A DNA stretch of 57,076 bases from a virus. Its lineage: Duplodnaviria > Caudoviricetes. Each line of letters begins with the position of its first letter. The first letter of the stretch is position 1. Location of the stretch: the IMG/VR virus record IMGVR_UViG_3300037225_000975, positions 1-57,076 of that record; one strand, 5' to 3'. A program made the position numbers and the translations under genes. Under the pieces are notes generated by a model, which saw nothing but the letters and a program-made list of their open reading frames with translations, was not told the DNA's origin and ran no database searches. This document shows, piece after piece, positions 28,438-37,793 of the stretch.

Positions 28438-29301
28438 TTACTTCTTCTTGGCGAGGATGAGACGCTTCGCCGCTGGAGTCTCTTTCGGCTTGACGCCGAT
28501 CATGGTTTGGCGATTGTCGAAAGCGAGCTGGAGGTTCTTGGCAGACTGCTTCTCATCGTCGCCCATCGGGATCTCCTCGACCCGCTCACCATCAGGAGTG
28601 CGGAAGTTCTCCACGCACCTGCACCCGGCGACCAGGGTGTCGCTGCCTTTGATACGGAGATAGCGAAGTCCATCAGCATAATCGTAGAACCCGATGACGT
28701 CCACGATACCTTCGATCTCGTTCAGGGCGCGAGCCGCCATGGTCGGCATGCGACGCTCGATCTTCTCGCCATCTGGAAGCTCGACTTCCTTCTCCGTATC
28801 ATGGCTGAGAAACACCACGCCGCAACCGAGCCGTAGAGCCCTGGTCACGACCGAGCGGAAGAGGTCTCGAATCTCCTTCCAGGTCGCGCCGAAGTCTTTC
28901 TCTTCGCTCGGGTGGTTGATCATCTTGTCCTTGCAGACCTTGTTCCAGGCCAGGTCGTACACCAGGTCGACCGTGTCGATGACCAGGGTGTCGCAGTACT
29001 TCTCGCCACCGGCAAACTTGGCCTCGAGTTGATCCATCAGCGCGCTGATGTCCTGATAGCTGGTCACGTTGCTTGACCGAACCCGCAAAGCTTTCGTGCC
29101 CGGTTCGGTGGAGATGAAATAGGGATTCGGAAGTTGGGCGCACAGCGTCGTCTTGCCGATCTTCTTGCGACCATAGATCAGCATCGAGTAATCGCTGAAT
29201 CGTGTCGGAGGCACGCTCGCTTTCGTTGGAAGCTGCATGGTCGGTCGTTTCGGGGAGGACGCGATGGCGCTCTTTCCCCCGATCTTCTTGATGAGCGCCA
29301 T
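28438..29301 (-). CDS. Sak4-like AAA (AAA_24) ATPase
   Basis: LIYGRKKIGKTT, TLVIDT, FLSH. Confidence 0.85.
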   Translation of the reverse strand: MALIKKIGGKSAIASSPKRPTMQLPTKASVPPTRFSDYSMLIYGRKKIGKTTLCAQLPNPYFISTEPGTKALRVRSSNVTSYQDISALMDQLEAKFAGGEKYCDTLVIDTVDLVYDLAWNKVCKDKMINHPSEEKDFGATWKEIRDLFRSVVTRALRLGCGVVFLSHDTEKEVELPDGEKIERRMPTMAARALNEIEGIVDVIGFYDYADGLRYLRIKGSDTLVAGCRCVENFRTPDGERVEEIPMGDDEKQSAKNLQLAFDNRQTMIGVKPKETPAAKRLILAKKK

Positions 29302-29430
29302 TGTCGATCTCCTGGCTGGTGACGCCAAGACCCGAGTCGCTCCTGGGCGCTCGGGTCTGGATGATTGGCAACCGGTTTCGATCCTATCCGGTCGCGAGCT
29401 CGTGTTCTACCAATTTCACGCGTTTCAGAA

Positions 29431-30396
29431 TCACAGTTCTGGATGATGTCTTTTCTTAAGCCGGAAGCTAGCTTCATCGCCCCTGCTGCAGACGGGAAGG
29501 AAGTGGCAGCCGCCGTATTGGTCGCACCTCGACCCGTTCCAGCCAAGATCTCGATCTTTCTGAGTGGTCGTCTTCCACCAGGCATAGAACTCCTCGACCA
29601 GCTTCTGAAGCCTGAACTTGTGGGTCTCCTTCTCATGCCGATCCAGGTGAATCTCGAGTCTTGTGAAGTAGTGATCCTCGTCCTTCATCGCCTCGTCGCC
29701 ACAGCGCTTCGCGTACTCGACCAGGCTCTCGTCCTGGCCCTGCTTCAATCCTGGACGGCGACAGATGTCGTAGATGATCTCGCCAGGCTCCTCGCCCATC
29801 ATCTCGGTGAGAGCCGTCGAGTAGGCGCCGATCTGCGTGTCAAGAGGCAGCGTGTCGCTGATGTTCTTTGACACCTGAGCCTTGAACTTCGTCTCGACCA
29901 GGTGAGGCGTCTTCTTGCCTTGGAACACCCGGTCCATCTTGCCGACATAGGGAACCGAGGCACCGTCGGGCATGGTCAGGTCCAGCTTGAACTTCTCCTC
30001 GATCTTGAGCCAGTCACGTTTCAGATCGCCAACCCCCCATTTCGACCAGTAGGCTGGCAGGATCTTGCCCAGCACCGCGACACTCTCGATCTTGATGTCC
30101 GTCGCCGTCGACGTCAACTCTCGATCTTCTGCCGAGAACTCTTTCTGGGCGTGCGCTAGGTCATCCTGGACGCCGCGAATGAGGCCGTTCACCGTTTTCC
30201 GGTTCGACACCAACGCGTGAGCGATGGCAGAGTGACCTAGCGCCCCAAAGATCAGCGGTTTCGAAGCGTGCGTGCTGTCCAAGCCTCGCACGATGCCAAG
30301 CCTGGCCATCTCCCGGCATTCGAGCCAGATGGACAGCATTGACTGGGATGTTCCGTCCACTCTGGGATCGTAGGTGGAGGATTTTGGAGCTTTCAT
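29431..30396 (-). CDS. PD-(D/E)XK nuclease (RecB/Cas4-like)
   Basis: SQS......C, G...H, E..F, GKMD, ETK, Q...Y, C.....C....C. Confidence 0.85.
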   Translation of the reverse strand: MKAPKSSTYDPRVDGTSQSMLSIWLECREMARLGIVRGLDSTHASKPLIFGALGHSAIAHALVSNRKTVNGLIRGVQDDLAHAQKEFSAEDRELTSTATDIKIESVAVLGKILPAYWSKWGVGDLKRDWLKIEEKFKLDLTMPDGASVPYVGKMDRVFQGKKTPHLVETKFKAQVSKNISDTLPLDTQIGAYSTALTEMMGEEPGEIIYDICRRPGLKQGQDESLVEYAKRCGDEAMKDEDHYFTRLEIHLDRHEKETHKFRLQKLVEEFYAWWKTTTQKDRDLGWNGSRCDQYGGCHFLPVCSRGDEASFRLKKRHHPEL

Positions 30397-31022
30397 AGAT
30401 GTCCTTTCACGAACAGGCCGATCCCGACCGCGTCCATCTCGTGCGACTTGTCGGTCTTGGGTCGCCATTTGGGAAGCTTCGCGCGGATGCGTGGTTCCAA
30501 GATGTCTTTCGGCATATTACCCTTCCACTCCATGATCGGCACTGGACAGAAGATGCTGGATTGGTTGTTGCAGAGCTTGCCCATGACGGCGCCGAACACG
30601 GTCGTGAGCTTCACCAGGTCACCATCCCTGGCTGCCGCGAGTCCCTTGCCCGCCTCCATGAACTGGGGCAGCTCGGCGTACACGACCATGACGGTCGACC
30701 TCCTGGCGATATCACCGAGTCGATCCGCGATCTCGGCGGCGTGCCACCACCATGGTCGATTCTTCGTCGGTGACGAGATCGAACCGGAATCGATGGGTGG
30801 CACGAGCTCGTCATGCTGCATCCTGCTCCAGAGAGCCCAGCCAGTTCCGCCGAGCCCCGGGTCGACGGTGAGGAAGTTGCCGAGGTTCCCGAAAAGCTTG
30901 TACGTGTTGCCTTTCTCGTTCTCGCCGAGCGCGCCGACGCCGACAAGTTCTTTTCGAGATCCTACGAGAGCGAACCCCAAGGTCGACGTCATCTTGACCA
31001 GTTTCTTCTTGAGCAACCTCAT
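30393..31022 (-). CDS. RuvC-like Holliday junction resolvase
   Basis: VDPGLGGTGWA, AELP, WKG...K, HEMDAVGIG. Confidence 0.8.
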   Translation of the reverse strand: MRLLKKKLVKMTSTLGFALVGSRKELVGVGALGENEKGNTYKLFGNLGNFLTVDPGLGGTGWALWSRMQHDELVPPIDSGSISSPTKNRPWWWHAAEIADRLGDIARRSTVMVVYAELPQFMEAGKGLAAARDGDLVKLTTVFGAVMGKLCNNQSSIFCPVPIMEWKGNMPKDILEPRIRAKLPKWRPKTDKSHEMDAVGIGLFVKGHL

Positions 31023-32365
31023 CCGAGCCTCCTGTTGGTTTGAATCTTGGTCATGAGCCACTGGGCTGACTCATTCTTCGCAGCAAGAGACTCGAGGACA
31101 TCCTCGTCGACAGTGCGCTCCGTCACCAGGTCGACCACGAGGATCGGAGCTTTCTTCAAAGGATGCTCGAGTCGGTCTTCCGACTGGCGTCTTCCTTCAA
31201 ATGAGTACGGGCTGCTGAAATAGATCTCAGTGTCAGCAGCAGAAAGATCGAGACCGTACTTGCCGCACGCCACCTGGCAGAGGAAGACGCGTCGCTTGCC
31301 TTCATGGAATAGGCTCCTCCGCCGCCTTCGTTCTGGCACCTCAACCTCGCCGGAAACCCACGTGGCGCTAATGTTTGCCGCCTTCAGCTCCCGCCACACC
31401 CGAGCTAGCTCGAGGTTGAAGGAGAACCAGACCACGACCTGCTCGTTCTTGAGTTGAGTCAAAAGCAAGTCGACCAGGGCCGCGTACTTCCAGCACGGTA
31501 GCTCTCTCCCCGGCACGTGGCCTCCGGCTATCCTGCGGATCCAGGTACCGACCACGAGCGAGTTCTTCGCCTCGAGACCTGGAATCTCCCACCTCTCGAC
31601 TGACTGCCGGTAGATCCGCAAGGCGTCACCTTCCAGGGATCCGGTCAGCTTCTCTCGGATCTTGATCGAGCCGAGACCTGCTTCCTGGCGAGTGAGGATG
31701 TGACCATCGACATGGAACTGCTCCTTGATCTTCTTGGCCGATCCGGGCCTGGCCATGATGTCAAACCCGGCCTTGAAAAAGTGACGCTGCTGCCATGTCC
31801 AGTAATTGCTGCAGCCCATCCACTCGCCACCAGAGGCGAAAGCCATCTGGGTCCACACTTCGAGCAGTGATTCAGGATTAGTGAGACCGGTGAGGATGGC
31901 GCGAATCGGCGCGGTGCTCAGCTCCCTGACGGCGACCTTCGTGATCTGAGCTCTCGGATTTTTGACGGCCGTGCTCTCATCCAGCAAGATGGCGTGCCAG
32001 TTTCCTAACCAGGCAGATGACGTGTGAAGCAGCGTCTCGTACTGGATCAGATACCAGCCGGCCTCGCCACCACCATGCTTCTCCATGATCTTTTCGCGCT
32101 TCTTCTTCTCGCCTTTGATCATGGTCCAGCGGAGTGATTCCTTCTCCAACTCCTCCTGCCAGGAGACGAGCGGCGTCGACGGCGCCACCACCAGAACTTG
32201 CTCGCATCCTGGCTCGATTCCGGCAACCTTGAGACGATGCTGACACCATCGGATCGACGTGATCGTCTTGCCGAGCCGCATCTCCATGATGAACGCTGCC
32301 CAGTCCTGGTCAGCGAACCGATCGAAGGCGACCTGCTGGTGCGGCATCAGCTCGCGACGCTTCAC
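31019..32365 (-). CDS. SNF2-like SF2 helicase
   Basis: MEMRLGKT, LDEST, LTG, GLDL, QSEDR. Confidence 0.9.
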   Translation of the reverse strand: MKRRELMPHQQVAFDRFADQDWAAFIMEMRLGKTITSIRWCQHRLKVAGIEPGCEQVLVVAPSTPLVSWQEELEKESLRWTMIKGEKKKREKIMEKHGGGEAGWYLIQYETLLHTSSAWLGNWHAILLDESTAVKNPRAQITKVAVRELSTAPIRAILTGLTNPESLLEVWTQMAFASGGEWMGCSNYWTWQQRHFFKAGFDIMARPGSAKKIKEQFHVDGHILTRQEAGLGSIKIREKLTGSLEGDALRIYRQSVERWEIPGLEAKNSLVVGTWIRRIAGGHVPGRELPCWKYAALVDLLLTQLKNEQVVVWFSFNLELARVWRELKAANISATWVSGEVEVPERRRRRSLFHEGKRRVFLCQVACGKYGLDLSAADTEIYFSSPYSFEGRRQSEDRLEHPLKKAPILVVDLVTERTVDEDVLESLAAKNESAQWLMTKIQTNRRLG

Positions 32366-32882
32366 TTGCGCTTCCTCGCCAAGCTGACGGTTTTCTTGAC
32401 GACCCGCGAGCAGATGATGTCCGCCGCGAAACTGTTCACAAAGAGATGCGTCGGGTAGACCTCGCCGAATCCGAAAGTGATGTTTTCGATATTCGGCTTT
32501 TCGTTAATCGTGAGCTCGTGGCACCAGAAGCGAAAGACTCGGCCTTTCTGATCGCCAGCGCGGACATCCACTGTGACGAGATGCGGGCGAGGCTTCTTGA
32601 TGCTGGTTCTGCGAACTGCAGTCATGACGTTCTCCTTCGCCCTTCGGCGTCGTATGCGTGTGAGCGGATTCTGGCTCGGCCGCGGCTCCTGTAGAAGCCG
32701 GTGCCAGCATTGTACTGGTGCCTCATCCACGAGACGCGCTGGATCGATGCGGCTCGCTTATTGGACGGGAATGCCGCCTGAGCAACCAACCTGAGTTCCT
32801 GGTCGGTGAGCGGCGTTGAGGATTTCTTGCGAAGTAGCTCGTTCATTTCGAACAGCTGCTTCCAGAGATCGACGATTTTCAT
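32362..32882 (-). CDS. Two small hypothetical proteins (32362-32625, 32622-32882)
   Basis: Start/stop overlaps; SD motifs. Confidence 0.55.
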
Positions 32883-32901
32883 CGAGTCCTTTCTTTCCGA
32901 A

Positions 32902-33010
32902 TAGTTATTCTCACCGACTACCCCCCTTGATATGTATCTCTTAACTTACTCTCTTAAGAGAGAAGAGAAATTAGTTCAAGAATAGTATAAGGGGGCTACT
33001 TGGTGAGAGA
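32902..33010. promoter_or_regulatory. Second AT-rich control region related to 11432-11739
   Basis: TAGTTATTCTCACC, TACCCCCCT, ATGTATCTC and TTGGTGAGA are shared with the first region. Confidence 0.6.
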
Positions 33011-33213
33011 AAGTCTTCAGAGGACAAATCACGAACCAGCGCTGTGCTTGTTTCCATGAAAATGTCGCTCGACGACCATCGTCAAAAGCCACGACGATCA
33101 TGACCCCGTGGACCCGACGATGCCTCTGGACCACGACTCCGCTGCCGTGGTACAGATGCTCGACGAGGTCTTTGGGGTGAGGACATCTCATATCATCGGG
33201 ATCCTAGGCTGGC

Positions 33214-33657
33214 TCACCAGACTTCGAAACCTTCGCCGCATCCGCGAAGGAACGCGACGAACTCCTCGAGATGCTCGATGCTGGCTGAGTATGGCGATTC
33301 TTCGATCTTCGTAGGGGAACCGCTCTTGAGTTGACCTGCGCGATCGACGTGGACATCATCACGCTTCCAGTTCTTGACGTGGATGACGTCTAAACCAGCG
33401 GCCTTGATGGCCATCACCTTCCTGGCCATCGCATCGGAGAGTATCTTGACTTGATCAGCAGTGCGAGGACCATCTCCATCGTTGAATGACATGCCCTTCA
33501 AGATCTCGTCAGAGAGACTAGTTTTGCCAGTCTCGGCGCGATGCTCATTCTCGCACTCGATGATGAGATAGAGAATTGGTCTCCAGGACCAGATGTTGGC
33601 CCTGAAATATTTGCCTGCTTCGGTGACGGGCTTGATGCCCGAGACGTCCATGCCCAT
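33214..33657 (-). CDS. Conserved phage hypothetical protein
   Basis: MGMDV...YFRANIWSWRP...EFVAFLRGC..GFEVW. Confidence 0.7.
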   Translation of the reverse strand: MGMDVSGIKPVTEAGKYFRANIWSWRPILYLIIECENEHRAETGKTSLSDEILKGMSFNDGDGPRTADQVKILSDAMARKVMAIKAAGLDVIHVKNWKRDDVHVDRAGQLKSGSPTKIEESPYSASIEHLEEFVAFLRGCGEGFEVW

Positions 33658-33659
33658 GA

Positions 33660-33887
33660 TCATCTCCAGGAGTGGGTGAAACCACGAATGATGTAGCTGA
33701 TATTGGACTGGGTGGTGCGGTACATGACGCCCAGATCTTCCTGACTCATCAGCGATTTCCTGGCAAGCCACCTGATAGCGCGCACTTGGAAATCGTGGAG
33801 GCGATGAGTTCTGTGACGACGATCGATGCCGTGAGCCATGAGGTTTCCCTGGGGTTGGACGGGCTCATCATGGCGCCATTTCGACAT
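33660..33887 (-). CDS. Small HTH DNA-binding protein
   Basis: L....VRAIR......SQEDLG.MY.TTQSNIS.I. Confidence 0.65.
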   Translation of the reverse strand: MSKWRHDEPVQPQGNLMAHGIDRRHRTHRLHDFQVRAIRWLARKSLMSQEDLGVMYRTTQSNISYIIRGFTHSWR

Positions 33888-33951
33888 GTAAACTAGAGAC
33901 CTTTGGTTCTTTCAGAAGCATGCTTTAGGCCCGATTCATCAGTTTTCGCAG

Positions 33952-34028
33952 TTAAGTAAGTTACCTAAGTCATTATTATCACAGTATCTATGATTTCCTG
34001 TTTACATATCTGAAGCAAGTGCTAATCT
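33952..34028 (+). promoter_or_regulatory. Sigma70-like early promoter with upstream palindrome
   Basis: TTTACA (34001) - 16 nt - TAATCT (34023) with extended TG; palindrome TTAAGTAA-G-TTACCTAA at 33952-33968; divergent AT-rich gap. Confidence 0.55.
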
Positions 34029-34059
34029 ACTCTCTGCAATGCGAACCCAGGAGAAAGCC

Positions 34060-34700
34060 ATGATCGTTTACCTCTCACAAAAGATCTGGGCCAGCGAACC
34101 CATCTACCAGCAGGTGATGGAAATCGCGGCTCGTCACGGCGGCTGCAGAACGGCCACCATCTCCGAAGCTGCTGGCTTGGAACTACAGGCTCTTCTCAAG
34201 TTCCTAGGTCATGACCACACCAGGCAGGAGTGCCAGCTTGCCTTCCACTTCGCTGGCCGCAGCCAGCAGCAGCGAGACCTCGTCGCGAAGTCCAATGGCT
34301 GGAAGAAGTCCCGTGCTGCCGACGATGATTCAGACGAGCCGAGAACGTACGAAGGCCTCCCAGACAGCATCGAGGTCTAGCCATGAGCCGCCCCAACTAC
34401 TTCCAGGTCATGTCGGCCGAGGTTTCAGGTCTCGCTCGCTGGCTCAACTGGCGCCACGCCGTCAACGACATCATCGCCAACGGCGCCTTCCATTCGATGG
34501 TCGACGGCAGGATCATCCGCACCAGAGAGCCTACCCGCGTGTACGAGCAGCTCCTCTACGCGACCCAAGGCCTCGCTTCGAAGCGCCAGATCCGCGGCTG
34601 CAACCGCAGCCAGAGAATCGCTCTCCGCCTCATGGGCCGAGCCAAGCTGCTCACCCCCAGCCTCGCCAAGATATACGTCGCCATCCTACTCAAGCGCTGA
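34060..34700 (+). CDS. Two early hypothetical proteins (34060-34380, 34383-34700)
   Basis: AGGAG/GAGG SD; first genes after the promoter. Confidence 0.6.
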
Positions 34701-34734
34701 ACCTCTCAACCGACCCCACTCCAAGGAGAACCCC

Positions 34735-35937
34735 GTGACCACCGCGCTAACCAAGGCCTCGAAGAAGGCCGCCCCCTCCACCAAGCCCAAGAACCTCTAC
34801 GAGGCTCACAATCAGTGGCGCGACCGCCCTGACGACGAGCGCTTCTGGACCATCGATGAGATGCGGGATCGCTGCCACAAGGCCGACCAGGCTCGCAGAG
34901 TCCTGGATGACGTCAAGATCAAGAGCATCGGCGTCGATGCCAGCATGCGTCTCCGCATCGGGGACGTGACCGCGCCGATGACGAACTGGGCCTTTCGCCA
35001 GGTGTGCAATCGCGCCGAGGTGCCGGCTCACTTCCTGGCGACCATCCCGACCGACAAGGCGGCTGACCTCCTTGACTGGTCGATCAAGAACCGCATCGCC
35101 GACACCAGCCTGAGCCGCATCTCAGTTGCTGGTGGCAGCGTGGAGGCCTTCACGAGCAGCCGCTACGCCTACATTCCGAACTACAAGATCTGCGATGGCC
35201 TGCGCGTCCTGGAAGGTCTCGGTTGGCGCGTGCCGCCGGCTCGTCCAGTCTCGGAGAACTCGGCCGGAGCCAAGAAAGCGACTCAAAAAGATGTTCTGAA
35301 GAAGAATGGAAAGAGCGGGCTCACGGTCAAGATTGGTGATTGGATCGCGCCCGCAGGACTCTACGCCAGCGCTAAAGACATGTTTGCCTTTCTGGTCAAC
35401 GAGAACGCCTTGGTCGATGATGGCGCCAACAACGGTCTCAAGCGCGGCATCTTCGTGTCCAACTCCGAGGTCGGGGCAGCCGCTTTCAAGATCACCTGTT
35501 TCCTGTATGACACCGTCTGTGGCAATCACATCGTCTGGGGAGCGACCAAGGCCGTCTCTGCCTCGATCCGTCATCTAGGTGACGAGGCTGGCAACCGTGC
35601 CTTCGGCGCCTTGGAAGGCGATCTGTCTGCCTGGGCCGAAGCTGATGGTGGCGAGTTGACGAAATCGATCCGCGCCGCTCGCAGGACCATCATCGGCGAC
35701 ACTGCGGAAGAGATCGCCGACTCGCTAGTGCTTCACAAGCGGCTGTACATCGGCAAGGCCGACGCCATCAAGGCCTACGAGCTGTGCGAGAAGCTGGATG
35801 GAGACCGCGTCAACCCCAGGTCGGTCTGGGGCATGGTCACCGGCTACACCCGCCTCAGTCAGGCCGAGCCCTGCGCCGATCGGCGAGTCTACCTCGAGGA
35901 AGGAGCCGGTCGCCTGATGCAGCTGGCGTCGAACTGA
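34735..35937 (+). CDS. DUF932-like protein
   Basis: S.RY....N, RGIFVSNSEVG, VCGNH.VWG, IRH.G, SVWGMV.G.T. Confidence 0.75.
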   Translation: MTTALTKASKKAAPSTKPKNLYEAHNQWRDRPDDERFWTIDEMRDRCHKADQARRVLDDVKIKSIGVDASMRLRIGDVTAPMTNWAFRQVCNRAEVPAHFLATIPTDKAADLLDWSIKNRIADTSLSRISVAGGSVEAFTSSRYAYIPNYKICDGLRVLEGLGWRVPPARPVSENSAGAKKATQKDVLKKNGKSGLTVKIGDWIAPAGLYASAKDMFAFLVNENALVDDGANNGLKRGIFVSNSEVGAAAFKITCFLYDTVCGNHIVWGATKAVSASIRHLGDEAGNRAFGALEGDLSAWAEADGGELTKSIRAARRTIIGDTAEEIADSLVLHKRLYIGKADAIKAYELCEKLDGDRVNPRSVWGMVTGYTRLSQAEPCADRRVYLEEGAGRLMQLASN

Positions 35938-35942
35938 CATCA

Positions 35943-35997
35943 CCGCCTGACGAGGCCGATCGGTATCGGCCGAAACCAGCCATCTGGCTGGTCGCGG
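35943..35997 (+). ncRNA. Type I hammerhead ribozyme
   Basis: CCGC-CTGACGA-GGCCGAT(CGGT)ATCGGCC-GAAA-CCAGCC(ATCT)GGCTGG-TC-GCGG; complete core; predicted cleavage after C35993. Confidence 0.9.
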
Positions 35998-36030
35998 AAA
36001 CCAACCAACCACCGCATCCAGGAGAATCCC

Positions 36031-36926
36031 ATGCGTCTCGCCATCGAGCTCAAGCTCGCCAACCCGACCACCTGTCAGGCCCATGTCGGCATCCTCGAAG
36101 ACACGATGGTCTTTCCGGTGATCGTCGCCTTCACGAAGGACAAGACCTCCAAGTGGCACTTCGAGTCCATCGGCATCGACATCGGCAAGGGGAATCCCCA
36201 CCCCGACGTGCTGCTGGAGATCGCTGCCCAAGTCTTCAAGGAGCTCGCCAAGCACGATCCCCTCACCTTGACTCCTCGAGAACTGCTGTTCCGATCCGGC
36301 AAGTCGCTCAGCCGCCAAGTGTGCTTTGACCCGATCCAGAAGAAGCATGTCATGACCCGTACCCTGGAGGGTCGCGAGGCAGTGTGGTGGGCCGTGACCG
36401 GCAAGGGCAAGCACCTTCATGCCGATGCGAGCGTCGACAATGCCGACGGCGAGAAGCAGGCCAAGATCTTCCTCAAGGCCCAGGTGGCCGAGCTGATGGA
36501 GGCCCACCCGAACGAGATCAAGAATCTCGGCGAATGGTTTGCTGGCGGTTGCAAGGTCGAGCGCGAGGATGCCGGCGCCTCGGACTACGTCAAGCTGGAC
36601 GACATCGAGCCGCTGCCGATCACCGCGACCAAGGCCGAGAAGGCGTGAAGCTAGTCATTCGGAAGAAGGGGGAGGCGGCGAGAGCCGTCTCCCTCGAATC
36701 CTTGGCAACGACCGAGCTCGAGTCGTCAGGTCAGGCCGGGATCAGTCCCAGGGAGTTTCATCGACGTCATCCCGGTCAAGATCTGATCCATCACGTGAAA
36801 GCTTTGGCTGCCGCCGCGAAGAAGCTCAGAGCCAAAGCATCCTGGTCGCCCATCAGAGGCGATCAGGGTGCCGCCCAGGAAGCTCGATACCACATGCACG
36901 GCATCGAGCCGGCGAAGGAGGACTGA
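36031..36926 (+). CDS. Two early hypothetical proteins (36031-36648, 36645-36926)
   Basis: AGGAG SD; GTGA overlap. Confidence 0.6.
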
Positions 36927-37447
36927 TGCGAGACTTCAAGTTCGACGGATCGCGGTTCGCCGGGGTCACGACCGCTGACTTCAATCATGGAATAGGACCC
37001 AGGCGCCCGATGATCATCGGCCAGGCACCGGCTCGATCTGGAGGACCTCCCATCACCGGTCGATGCGGCGAGAAGCTCGCCGACCTGCTCGGTATCTCGA
37101 TGGAGAAGTTCCTGGAGACGTTCGTTCGAGGCAACCTGATCCAGGAGTGGCCTGGCAAGTCAGGTCGAGGCGATGAGTTCCCTCGATCGTTGGGAATCAT
37201 GGCGGCGTTTCAGATCATGAGCAGTGGCGCCTTGAAAGATCGCCGGATCGTTCTCCTGGGTCGCGAGGTGGCGAGATGTTTTCGCATCACGCCGGACAAA
37301 GCTGACTACCTGGACAAGGTGGATCTGGTTGGCGGTCGAGCTCTTCTGCTTCCTCACCCATCAGGCGTCTCGAGATGGTGGAATTGTTCTCGACGATCCA
37401 CCGCTGCAAAGAGAGCTCTCCGGGCATTCCTGGCTGAGTACTTGTGA
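36926..37447 (+). CDS. Uracil-DNA glycosylase superfamily protein
   Basis: IIGQAP, NL, IVLLG..VA, LPHPSG..RWWN; AGGAGG SD. Confidence 0.8.
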   Translation: MRDFKFDGSRFAGVTTADFNHGIGPRRPMIIGQAPARSGGPPITGRCGEKLADLLGISMEKFLETFVRGNLIQEWPGKSGRGDEFPRSLGIMAAFQIMSSGALKDRRIVLLGREVARCFRITPDKADYLDKVDLVGGRALLLPHPSGVSRWWNCSRRSTAAKRALRAFLAEYL

Positions 37448-37610
37448 GTTCTGATAGCCATTTCTGGTCAATCCTAGGCCATCTTTGTTTGAGACCCCTA
37501 TCTGGCATCAGACCGGGGGCAGAAAGTGGGCTAGAAATGAGCTTGGTGAGAACCGGCTCAGCCGGTGCGGTCCTCCATCCTAGTCAACCCCGTGAAATCA
37601 TAGGTCCAAA

Positions 37611-37793
37611 ATGACCAACCCCCGCTTCTTCATCTGGCTCTTCAGAATCACGCTCATCGTCGTCACTCTCTGCTTCGCCATTCTGGCTGGAGTTGGCGCT
37701 GGTCGGGGTAATTGCTTTCAATTTGTCTGCCTGACGCCGATGGCCATGGTCTTCATGGTGGCGTCTGTTCTGTCATTCGTCGATCGACGCTAA
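37611..37793 (+). CDS. Small two-TM membrane protein
   Basis: Two hydrophobic helices; converges on the fibre gene. Confidence 0.4.
   Translation: MTNPRFFIWLFRITLIVVTLCFAILAGVGAGRGNCFQFVCLTPMAMVFMVASVLSFVDRR

Noticed and set aside
29431-30396. CRISPR-associated Cas4 / CRISPR array
   Set aside because: No repeat-spacer array or other cas genes; the context is a Sak4 recombination module
32976-33191. 71-aa ORF
   Set aside because: Runs into the AT-rich control region; coding status uncertain
33660-34038. Lysogeny switch (cI/cro)
   Set aside because: The HTH lacks a peptidase domain and no integrase or partition genes are seen
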